Origin: Oopsacas minuta
Lineage: Eukaryota > Animalia > Porifera
Length of the DNA stretch: 64,000 nt
Direction of reading: 5' to 3'
Assembly (NCBI GenBank): GCA_024704765.1
Contig: JAKMXF010000327.1
Span: 265,360-329,359 of the forward strand
The notes beneath the pieces were generated by a model. It was not told the origin of the DNA. It saw only the letters and a program-made list of their open reading frames with translations, and did no database searches. How positions within the stretch are numbered: position 1 is the stretch's first letter; every line of letters begins with the position of its first letter. This document shows, piece by piece, positions 37,941 through 49,400 of this stretch. Made by a program: the position numbers and the translations under genes.

Positions 37941-39563
37941 GGGCCTCATTCACTAAACAACTTAAGTAAAACTTAAGTTTCCGTTAAATATTCCTAAATT
38001 TTCAAAACTTAATAGAATACTTAAGATTTGCTTAATACTTAAGTATAGTAACCTATGTGTAATACTATATCTATTTACTCGAACAGTAGTTGACCTCAAT
38101 TTTTAGTCTACGATTTCTCGCCCTCCCAACTACAAATTTCGAATTGATCTCTATTTGGGAAATTCCATTAATCTAAGATTTCATAGCACTATGACCATAT
38201 CCCTGAAATTTCTCTATCAAATACCGTTAGTCAAGGACCGAAAGAGATGGTTGGGAAATATTTCGGGGTAGGCAAATATTTACGTACGAGTAAATACAGT
38301 ACATCATAGTTTCCTAATCCATTTAACAATATGGTAACATGTAATAATAATATAACACCGAAGGCCATATTGAAGAATGTTGGTGAATTACCCAATAATA
38401 TGATAATAACTGTTTAAAATCTAAACAAATAAGTATAAGGTGGTGAAAGATACTATTGATTGATCCAGCAGCTGAGAAACGTTAAGTAGTTCTAAATTAT
38501 ATAAATCTTCGAAAACGCTTCTAGTGTTTATATCATAAATTCGAAAAATGGACCTTCAACAAGATAAAACTAATACAAGATCGAAAAATTACCGCAGGAA
38601 GAAATCAATACATTAGTTCACTTAGTGAAGAAAATAAATCTAGGCTGTTTGGTAGCTTTAGTGCATCGCTAACATTCGAAGAAAAATCTTCACTTTGGGA
38701 TCAAATTGCGAGTGGTTTAACAAGTCAACACGGTGTGCATAGGTCTAGAGATGCCACAAAGAAGTGGTCTTACCTTTTATGCAAGCACAAACCTCTAATT
38801 GCTAATAAAATACAATCTATCAGAAAAACTGGGGGTGGACCAGCTGATGCAGAGTTAACCCCATTGGAGGAAAAGATCATAGCAAAAGGGGTACAGAATG
38901 CTTCGAGGGAATTAGTTGTGGAATAGACGTCTCTCCTTAGCCACAAAGTCCCCAACTATTAGCAGACCAAATCCAATAAGTCCTTCATTCCCATTTGATG
39001 GTAAAGCACCTGCAGTTAGTAGGGAAAGAAAACATTCACAGTTGGCAACGTCCATTGACGATGATACAAAAGAGGATGAGAAGTTAGAACTTTTGAGAGA
39101 GATCAAAGAGAATTTGCTATCAATTGGGAACGTACTCCAGTTACTGTCTGAAGTGGTACAAAATCAAACAACAATAATAAATCTCCTGGCACAACAATCG
39201 TTTCCATTCGTTGCTCCAAGCAGATTTCCAACGAATTTCCCCCCTGGTAATCTACCATAATCCACAATTTTGATAATTTTAGTTTTTTTGCATAATTTAT
39301 ATTTGTGTATTGCTAAGTTAGAAAGTAAGGCAACGGCGTTCCCCCATGTCTGCAACTGTTATTCTATATTATATTCAAATGAAACTACACTTGTTATAAT
39401 AACTAGTATAAAAAAATTGTAATAGTTTAATAGACAATCAAAGTTAAGTCAATCATAGACATGACTTAAGTTTTTTGGTAATATTTGGGTAAGTTTAAGC
39501 AAATACTTAGTTTTTGCTTAAAGTTAAGCAATCTTAAGTTAAGTTGTTTAGTGAATGAGGCCC
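37941..39563 (+). mobile_element. Harbinger element B, non-autonomous, carrying only the Myb/SANT gene (38548-39260, frameshifted)
   Basis: 25-bp TIR GGGCCTCATTCACTAAACAACTTAA; 3-bp TSD CAG. Protein reads RSKNY..EEINTL..LWDQIA..KKW..KTGGGP. No nuclease motifs inside. Confidence 0.88.
38069..38298. mobile_element. Possible pogo-type MITE inside Harbinger B
   Basis: TATTTACTCG ... CGAGTAAATACAG+TA; left terminus degenerate. Confidence 0.35.
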
Positions 39564-40541
39564 CAGATCTAACATTTTCACTAATTGGGTTATTATGAAC
39601 TGATACATATGAATAATGCATGTATTCGGGTAAAAATGAACCAGTTCTTTCACTTTCTTATTATCGACGATTATAGAATTTCTCTTAAAATATATCCAAT
39701 CCATTTTATCCCTGGCTCGTGGAAATTTCCAGTGAGCAGCATTATATTTAGTAGGTTAAAATCTAAATAACTTATCCGAATATTACTTTAAAAAGGTATG
39801 CCAGACTTTTACACTAATACACTCTAGTAACAACATTATCCTTGGGGTGAAGCCACGGTAGCAGTCATAATGGTGGATTGCGGCCACCCAAAGTCGCCAA
39901 GATTGTATTGTCATTCACTGTAGAACTTGTACCAGCTACCACTTTTGGTGCAATGCAACCCCTAAAAAGGAAAGTACAACGTCAAACATATCAAGAAAAC
40001 CAAGGTCAAACAAAATAACCCCTAATAATTCATACCCACTAGAGGTCTTGCAAAAGCGCTAATCCGTGTAGACTCATAACTTGTGATGAAATACAAATTT
40101 AAATAATGATTTAACTAAATATTAGGAAAGAGATAAAATTATTTCAATATTTAATGGCCAGTATATTCGGACCCTAAAGAATAGAGCCGAAGTGAGAAAA
40201 CTTGGGCCTGGCATGCGGTCTATCACTCACTCTCTCCACAAAAATAGGGTTGCTCCTTTTTCATATGGCTTTGCACAATTACATCTTATACGCAACACCA
40301 CTGAAGATTATTAGGTAATCTACATATGTGATTTGACGAATAAAGTAATTTGACTGCGAAAATAGATCATAGACTTTGGATAAGTCAAAGGTTTTTGCGG
40401 CGCATGATAGCATCAGAATAAAGAAAATTGTCATTCTAGAACAAAACTTAATTACTAATAAATGGAATCTATTATGGAATATATACTAAAATGACTACAA
40501 CGTCAGGACAAATGAAAGATCAAGTAATATCTCGTCTACCA

Positions 40542-41312
40542 TCAATCAACATGTTGAGGTAATAACTCTACATCTTCCTGGTCCATTTGGTCATCTAAGA
40601 CAAGAGATAAATAGGGGGAAACTGCATCTCCATCGCATAATACATGATCGCAACAGTCCTTACCAACATACGATATAGATACATTCTTCTCATTTAATTC
40701 TACATCTGATGGCAGACATTCTCTAAGAGCAAGCAAAGCATGTCGCATTAATTCCTCTAAGCTAGAGCAATTGGAAATATTGGAAATCTCTCTTTCAAGA
40801 TAAGTCTTAGCAGATTGAGAACGAGCACCAATAGCCATAGCACAACAATCGTAGTAGTTGGCCGACGGGCATAAATGATAAATATGTGGGCCTAGAGAGT
40901 CATAACCAGCAACAAGCATTCCAACACCATAAGGCCTTCGGCCATAGAATATAGTGCATCTGTGCATTCTAGAACTGACTCGAGCCATTAATCGAGATAG
41001 AGGCATTTCTTGGTCATGTGCATACCGCTGATTCATACATTCAGTACGCATAAACTTGGTCAGCATCCGACCATCGGCAGTCAAACCAGCAATTGAAACA
41101 GATATATGATTGTCTATTGGATATATCTTTTTCTGATAGGAAGAGAGTTCAGAGGATGCTCGTTTGAGAGCAACTAATACTGCAAATTCTTTAGACTTTA
41201 TTCCAATTGTAGCTGAACCCTGTTTCACTGCTTCCATAGCATATTCAACTTGATGAAGTCGCCCCTGTGGGCTCCATATAGAAACATCATAATCATACTG
41301 ATTGCGATACAT
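40542..41312 (-). CDS. PSMA1: Proteasome subunit alpha type-1 (alpha6), 256 aa, intronless
   Basis: [74 protein letters not shown]; uninterrupted ORF. Confidence 0.97.
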   Translation of the reverse strand: MYRNQYDYDVSIWSPQGRLHQVEYAMEAVKQGSATIGIKSKEFAVLVALKRASSELSSYQKKIYPIDNHISVSIAGLTADGRMLTKFMRTECMNQRYAHDQEMPLSRLMARVSSRMHRCTIFYGRRPYGVGMLVAGYDSLGPHIYHLCPSANYYDCCAMAIGARSQSAKTYLEREISNISNCSSLEELMRHALLALRECLPSDVELNEKNVSISYVGKDCCDHVLCDGDAVSPYLSLVLDDQMDQEDVELLPQHVD

Positions 41313-43523
41313 TCTAGTATTGGAAAGACATTGTTAGAAAATATATATGGTGACAGAAGCAGAGTTTCACCTGGGACCCCTGGGAACAAAATTTGATCAA
41401 TGATGGGTACGTCACAATTGGTTGTGCACACTTTAAAATAATTGGTGAAATACCTGGAGATACTCTTGTGGACATTTTACGTGTCCAATATCGAGAGAAC
41501 TCATGGCATTTTACAGACTTCCACCTAGAGTTACTTTTGAGACAATTATACGTAGCAACATTTTACTATGGTTTTTGGCACTGATGCGATATCTCTTAAA
41601 TGGTGTAGATTTTACGCGAATTTGGCTTTTCAAGTGAAAAGCTAGTTATGTGTTCGTCACATAGAGTTGTGGCTATAAGTAGAATGTTACCAGTTAAGAC
41701 AATTTATGATATCTAATGAAATAGTGCGTATATCAGCAAAAAGCCCTCTCAAGTCATTCAGGATACATCTATTGTTCCTATAGTGGATACAGCCAATTAA
41801 ATAGTTAAACAATGTCTGTGCAAACCTTGAAACCCCCAGGTATAGGTAGGAATTTATTCGATGATATAATATGATTAGAATAGTATACTATTATTGTAAA
41901 AGGTGTAGATTTCACACAATACAATGTCATCGAATATATCAAACAGCAATCAGATATCAAGAACTTCCTATCCAATGGAAGTATTGAGATTAACTTAGAG
42001 GGAAGGCCATTTTGGGAAAACTTGGCCCGAGAAATAGAATTTAAGCGGGTGTAGAGATCACAAATATAGCCCAATGGGCCCCCGAACTAGTATTGTGGTT
42101 AGAAAGCATATTGATTGATTCAGTCCACTATCTAATAAGAAATATACATTACTACTTCCAAATATTGGGTCATATAAATATAAGATAAAAGAAATGAAAA
42201 ATCTCGGTAAAAATCAAAGAAAATTTTGAAAATTGGTTAATAGAGAAGCCATCGAGAAATTGCTTAAATAATAGAGAACTGGATAGAAAAATTACACTAT
42301 AAGTATTTACGTTTAAGCACTAGAACTAAATCATGCCTATTCATACATTCTTGTTGTAATATATGCACGATAGTTGCTTCAAATTAACAACTTCCCTTCA
42401 CTGATGGACTGGTAGCGGACCACCAATGAGCCTTGAGACCTCAGCTGGAATTTATACAAGCTATTATATGTTCAGCCTAATTAGGGTTCTTCAAAATCTT
42501 CAGGTATTAAATGTACTATGCATATGTCCATTAGGTACAGTGCGGATGTCAGTGAACTAATAAACAGGGGTTTCTGCCACAATAGAAACCCATGAACTAT
42601 TCATTTATCTATAGGAGTTGCATAATCATCAACGGTATAGGAACAACGCAATAATATATATTTAACAAGTTGTACACATATATATATATATAGTGAATGT
42701 AGGTCAGGAATTGAAATATCACGAATTGCACGTTTCTGATATAGTATAAGTACTCTGATCTGAGTCTCCGACTGTGATATAGCAAGGAATAATCAGTTCT
42801 ATCTTCCTCACCTATATAAACATGGTCAAAAATATCTCTACCTCAACTTCTGAAATTAAAACCCACATCCGAGGAACGAAGAAAAGTTAAGGAGTAATTT
42901 TGACATTACTCTACAACACTCAAAATTGAAAGAATTGAAAATTCGAATACAAATCTTTCGCCAGTAGACATCACAATATCAGAAGAGCAGTTTGAGATTG
43001 TATCAAGTAAGTTACGTATTCAAAAGGCACATTTCCATGGAATGCTATGCTATTTAACACGACATTACCTAATATACTATTTTGGGTACAATTACACTAA
43101 TGTACCTCTTTTTATTGGTAAGAGATATCAAATCACTGCTAATAGATTTGAATAGAGTATGTTCAGAGAAGAATATTAACCGAAAGAAATTCAAAATCGG
43201 ATGAATACTGACAAAGTTGGAACATTTTTGGCTACTAAGCCAAATCCTATGGAGAAAATTGTATTATCGAATTGACCCAAATAATACTAATAGAATTGCT
43301 TGCATTAGACTATGCAATACAATTGGATGTGCATATTGCATATTGAGGTTAACGAGTACGAGATTTTGAGCTCAGCTTAACTAACAATGTAACAAAAGGA
43401 ATGCAAAACCACAGAAGATATACTTCTGTGGCAAGCTAACCTTATCATATTACATTTTGCATTAGTCAACATAAATGTACTATTTTCCATTTATCACTTT
43501 AGAATTCATTCAAACACAAATCC

Positions 43524-44476
43524 ATGGCTGCTGCTTCACTAACATTTACCCCGATGTTAATGCCAATTATTTTTCCAGATATTGGTGTTGTTCCGTTGAA
43601 AAGATTTTACCAAAGCATAGTTACTGACCAGGATGCAGTCATCAGATGGTTGCAAGAAAATGGCCTTATGGCAAGGGGAATAGTATGTAAATGCGGAAGA
43701 TTAATGAAGATAGGGAAATTTTCCCATGCTGCTGAAGAGCTAGGTTGGAGGTGCATGGAGAAAGCATGTAGAAAGGTAGCGTCACTTAGGGTAGGTCCTT
43801 TCTTTGAGTCCTCTAACCAAAAACTCATAGAGCTCATTGAGTTTATCTTTCTCTGGTCAAAGGATTATCAGACCACAGAAACTTTTGAAGAAAATTTAGG
43901 ATGGTCAAGGTCCACGATTACAGGTTGGAAAAACTATATGCGTGACCTTTGTGTAACAAGGTATTTATCGTACCCCGAGCCTATAGGAGGACCAGGAGAA
44001 ATTGTGGAAATTGATGAAAGCAAATTTGGTAATCATAAATACAGTCGTGGTAGGTTATTATCTGGCCAATGGGTGTTTGGTGGAGTTTGTAGGGGAACTA
44101 GTGACATGTTTATGATACCAGTTGCAGAAAGATCGGCTTCTACGCTTATTCCATTGGTTAACGACTTTATTCGCCCAGGAAGTACGAAGTATCATAATGT
44201 CTGACAAATGGGCTTCCTATAATCAAATACACCCCGGAACATTTCCTCATTATACATTTAATCATAGCGAAAATTTTGTGGACCCAACAACAGGCACGCA
44301 TACGCAAACCATTGAATCGGCTTAGGGACATTTAAAAAAAGAAGCAGAAATTCGATGACAACTAATCCGGAACTCCTCGATACTTATCTGGCAGAACATT
44401 GCTGGAGGAAGAAAAATTGTTCAACAGTTTCAAGAACATCATTTCAGAAATTAGGTCACAGTATCCTGTAGTATAG
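43524..44476 (+). pseudogene. Merlin transposase pseudogene
   Basis: CKCGRLM..WRC..C; IGGPGEIVEIDESKFG; SDKWASY; NHSENFVDPTTGTHTQTIES; frameshifts at ~44190 and later. Confidence 0.92.
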
Positions 44477-44553
44477 TATCTCAATTTAGATATTATTATA
44501 ATGCATGTAATTCCTTGTTTACTGTGTAGATTTGTTATAAATTCTTATGTGTA

Positions 44554-45864
44554 CAGGGTGACAAATAAGTTCTGTCCCATATGTTTGATGTAGTGTAGTT
44601 CCTTATTAAAGAACCAGATTAAACAGTTATAGTGTAAGATAAGTAACAATGTATATATTTAAAGTATTCAATGGTAATCTGTACATTCTGAACAAGCTAA
44701 AAGATTCTAGGCAAAATGGAGAAGAATAGGGTGGCTATTGTTAAATTATATTTGCAAGGGAAAAGCCAAAGCGAAATATTGAAGATTCTCAATTTCCCCA
44801 TGTCGCGCAGGAAATTGATATATCGTACTATTAAAAGATATAAGGACACTGGTAGTACCTCAGACAGGCAGAGAAGTGGACGTCAAACATCTGCGACCAC
44901 TACCCAGAAGAGAAAGGTTATCCGTAGTCGGATTCAGCGGAATCCACAACGTTCGATGCGAAAAATGGCGCTAGAACTCAAAATATCAAGAGAATCGGTC
45001 CGAACAATTGTGAAGAGCGATATGGGCCTATTTCCTTACAAAAAGAGGAAGGTTCACTTTATTTCGCCACAGATTAAAGAAAAGAGACTAGCCAGGAGCA
45101 AGGCCTTACTCGCCCGGCTCGCAAGTTTTGGCCTTGATGAAATTTTATTCTCGGATGAGAAATCATTCAGGGTCGAGCAGGCGTACAATCGTCAAAACGA
45201 TCGAGTATTGTCTCTTCTCCATCTTCTATACCACAAGAGTATCGATGCGTCCAAAGAGTTCAGCATCCTCAGTCAGTGATGGTTTGGGCGGGGGTGTCCG
45301 CAAAAGGCCGTACCCCACTGGTTTTCATCCCACCGGGCGTAAAAATAAAGGCTGTTAAATATCAGGAGCTCGTTTTAGACCCAATAGTGAGAGGCCTTGG
45401 TAAGACCATGTTCAATAATCGTCCATTTTTATTCCAGCAAGACGGTGCGCCAACCCACACAGCGAAAGTCAACCAACAGTGGTTACGAAACAATATCCCA
45501 GACTTCATCTCCAAGGAGGAATGGCCTCCTTCCAGCCCAGATCTCAACCCGATGGACTTCTCGTTGTGGTCGATATTGGAGACAAATGCGTGCACTACTT
45601 CCCATAAGAGTATCAAGTCTCTAAAAACGTCTTTACCCCGAGAATGGGCAAAAATCCCGCAGGAAAAGTTGCGTGCCGCTGTCGAGTCCGTCCCCAAGCG
45701 GCTAAGAGCTGTCATCAAAAAGAAAGGGGGCTATATCGAACAAGTGAATATATTATGAATCTATATTTAGTTTGCTAAGTTATAGCATAATTTCAAGTCA
45801 ATATCTTAGTTCATAGCTTAGTTATAATAAATTTTCAATGGGACAGAACTTATTTGTCACCCTG
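44554..45864 (+). mobile_element. maT/DD37D Tc1-mariner element; transposase 44716-45758 with one frameshift
   Basis: 27-bp perfect TIR CAGGGTGACAAATAAGTTCTGTCCCAT; TA TSD; FSDEK...QQDGAP-x-NPMD with 37-residue spacing. Confidence 0.95.
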
Positions 45865-47293
45865 TATATATTGTATGTAACTAGCTACAGAAGTATATTT
45901 CTGTGGTTTCGCATTCCTTTTGTTACATTGTTACAGTCGTAGTTAAGCTGAGCTCAAAATCTCGTACTCGTTAACCTCAATATGCAATATGCACATCCAA
46001 TTGTATTGCATAGTCTAATGCAAGCAATTCTATTAGTATTATTTGGGTCAATTCGATAATACAATTTTCTCCATAGGATTTGGCTTAGTAGCCAAAAATG
46101 TTCCAACTTTGTCAGTATTCATCCGATTTTGAATTTCTTTCGGTTAATATTCTTCTCTGAACATACTCTATTCAAATCTATTAGCAGTGATTTGATATCT
46201 CTTACCAATAAAAAGAGGTACATTAGTGTAATTGTACCCTATTTTGGACCATCCCAGAAAGAAGCATCCACTGAAATCTTTTCACAAGAAGAGCTAACTA
46301 TTCCAATACTTGATCAATATGTACATCTTCTTGATGATAAACAGAGGGCTTGGCGTTTGCAAGATTGTTCTATGGTATTAATACTAGATTCTGAAGTAAT
46401 CAATGACATGACACCTATATGTAACTACAGTGACCCTGGCTAATCCGAACCTCGCCAATCAGAACAGTGCCTAAATGGTATGAAACCTGTATAAAAAAAT
46501 TATCAATATAAATAAGTATTGTTGATTCAACTGTGGACAAATCCATAATACAATATTACACATTGTGGCAATATTCCCGATAAATCCATTGGTTTGATGG
46601 CTATAGTCACCAAAAATATCGAGTATTTTAGCTTAGTTATGCAAGGTGGTGGCTAAGTTAGCTAAGATGTAATTTGAATTTCGCGAGCGCAGGTTGGCAG
46701 CCTTTTAACCGTTTGCACACAACATTCGATTAATATCCGCCCAGATTCTATAGTATTTCAATTCCGAACAAAATCAGAATTGGAAAGAATAATTTTGGAA
46801 TTAGAATATACCTGTTCAGATTAGCGAGGATGTAATGTATTTTGTATGCAACCGGTGTAAATTGTTTACGAAAAAATTATCAACGCAAAAGAGCGTATGG
46901 ATTATGTAATACAATGTTTGATGAGTAAGAAATTGCTATTTACTGACCTCGGTGACGTCTGGGAATTTATTTTCAAATTTAAATTCTGACCTGTTTTTAT
47001 CCCTATTACTTTGGCTACAAATCTCCGAATGTGAACTAGGTTCAATATCTGGCTTGTGAGTATTTATAATACCGCTATTCTATATTTTTGCGACAATTTC
47101 TCAAAACATTACGAACGTCTAAAAAAACATTTCTAAGATATGTCCGCTTATCTGTGGAGATCGGACGTCTGTAGAACATATCCCTCTCGATTTTTCGATT
47201 TGTCACAAATGACCAAAACGGTTACTATATCCCATTTTCTCAGTATTATTCATGTGCATTATTGTCGAAAAGTGTGCTATGATGGTTATACTA

Positions 47294-48627
47294 CAGTACC
47301 GGTCAAAAAGAATTGCTCAAAATGAATGTATACAGTATAGTAAATGCCAAATTGTATACACTGACCAGATAGTTGAATTCTTGCGAAACCATATTCAGCC
47401 ATATGTATTTGACACGTAACACACCAACACAGCTAATCCACTCATTATATTTGCACAAGTTACCGATTTTATTTTGTTTTCATTTTATCCAATTTATTCG
47501 TTTTTATCGAATTTTCAATGCCTTCAAAAGCTCGAATTTCCATTTAAAATCGAGCCAACCTGATACTACTTTCAGAAAGTGGTCATACTCAGAGGGAGGT
47601 AGTTAAAATGGTTGGGTGTATCCGAGATCCTTAAGAAACACAGGCTAACTGGCTGGTAAGAGACCTCGCTATTCCGGGTAAGCCTCGTGTCACAACCAAA
47701 GGCATGACAATTTATTGGTCAGAAAATGCAAAAAGGATCGATTTAAGACTGCTACTCAGATCAAAGCTGAAGTATTATCAAAATATTCGATAAAACTTTC
47801 CACTTCAACAGTCTAGAGAAGTTTATGAGGGGCTCGACTGTTCGGACAGAAACCGCGAAGGAAGCCCCACCTTACTACCAAGCACAAAAGAGACCGACTT
47901 TCCTTCGCAAGATCGCACAAGAATTGGAATACTGAAGAATGGGCAAGAGTTATGTTCAGTAACGAGTCTAGGTTCCTTCTGTATACTAATGACGAGAGAG
48001 CCTACGTCAGGAGGATGAAAGGGGAGGGTTCTCAGAGAGGTGTCATCAAAAAACTTGCAAGTATGGTGGGGGTGGCATACTGGTTTGGGGATGCTTTTGA
48101 TGGAGTGGCGTAGGACTCTTGTGGAAAGTATCTGGGAACCTCAAGACAAATTCCTACGTTGATATATTGGAAAATGCACTAACCCCAAGCGTTGATTTGC
48201 ATTCTCTACATTCTGGATGGACCTGTCAGCAAGACAACGCCCCATGCCATAGGTCAAAGGCTACTAAGCAATGGTTTGCTGAGCAAAAATAGAGGTTGTG
48301 AATTGGCCTGCTCAGTCACCTGATCTAAATCCGATTGAAAATCTTGGGATCACATTTCCCTCAGAATTCAAGAGAAAAGCCCATCCAACCACTCAGAGTT
48401 GTGGAATGCCATATTAAGCACTTGGGATAACATCGACATTAACAGGCTTCATACTCTAATTGACAGTATACCGCAAAGATGCAAAGCCGTATTTCAAGCA
48501 AGAGGAGGTTCTACTAAATACTAACGACACTTTACTTGATTTTAATAAAGCATTATTGTTAAAATCAGCCATAGAGATAAGAATTTGGGGTAAATTTATT
48601 CTGAGCAATTCTTTTTGACCTGCACTG
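47294..48627 (+). mobile_element. Tc1 (DD34E) element with decayed transposase ~47518-48524
   Basis: TIR CAGTACCGGTCAAAAAGAATTGCTCA / CAGTGCAGG.. (2 mismatches); TA TSD; QQDNAPCH and WPAQSPDLNPIEN. Confidence 0.9.
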
Positions 48628-48954
48628 TATATATATCCAATAGTCACACATAATCAAGGGTCTTTAAACTATACGTTATCAAATAGCAGACTAGAGACCA
48701 TGACATGAATTTATTATCAGCTTTCATAATATCCTCACTATTGAACCACAAGCGTTAAAAATTAGAAAATGTCAGTAATTACGTCATAACTAGGTTTATA
48801 GTTGTGCTACTAAAAGTGCTACTCGTGCCATTAATATTTTTGAAATCTACAGTGTCGATTTAGTATAGGTAAGTATAATTGTGATGATACTACAGATTCA
48901 TTTATATATATCTCCAATTATGGCCATTTTGCCACACTGTGTTTTGTATTCTTC

Positions 48955-49235
48955 AGCAATGCAGTGAATATCTGCTGACATATGGAACTGCTCGACAACT
49001 CTAACCATATTTCAATATCATAATTCCTGTGAAGCGATATTTGAAATTGACTTGCAAGTCTTTGTGTAGTTCAGGATTACAATTCCTATGAGCTGACGTT
49101 TGAAATTGAGTGAAATCTTTGTGTATAGTTTAGTATTGCAGTGAATACTCGCAGACATTTGAAATTGACTGAAAACTCTTTCTATACATCAATATTCCAT
49201 TGAATTTTGGCTAACATTTGAAATTGGAAATGCTA
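48955..49235. repeat. Degenerate ~57-bp tandem repeats related to the 26-30 kb array
   Basis: Units CATTTGAAATTGA(C/G)TGAAA...TAGTT.AGTAT...AGTGAATA.CTGC.GA. Confidence 0.65.
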
Positions 49236-49400
49236 TTTCCCTTGCAGAATTTTGTTGCTCCTTAGTTAATTGCAATACATAAATAATCGTTTGCTACACT
49301 TCACTTTTAATAATTCTTCCTAACAATGAATAATTGATTATTACTTTTGGTCCTTAGATATCATATGGTTGCTCTGGAACTGTAATGTCAATCTGCCAAG

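Larger units (their letters stand above)
43085..46238 (+). mobile_element. Merlin element 2 with ~300-350 bp TIRs, containing a maT insertion
   Basis: GGTACAATTACACTAATGTACC... arms match to ~43383, then imperfectly to ~43438; perfect 8-bp TSD CTATTTTG (43077-43084, 46239-46246). Confidence 0.95.

Noticed and set aside
41393-42150. Second host gene upstream of PSMA1
   Set aside because: Only short stop-interrupted frames with no recognisable motif or consistent splice pattern.
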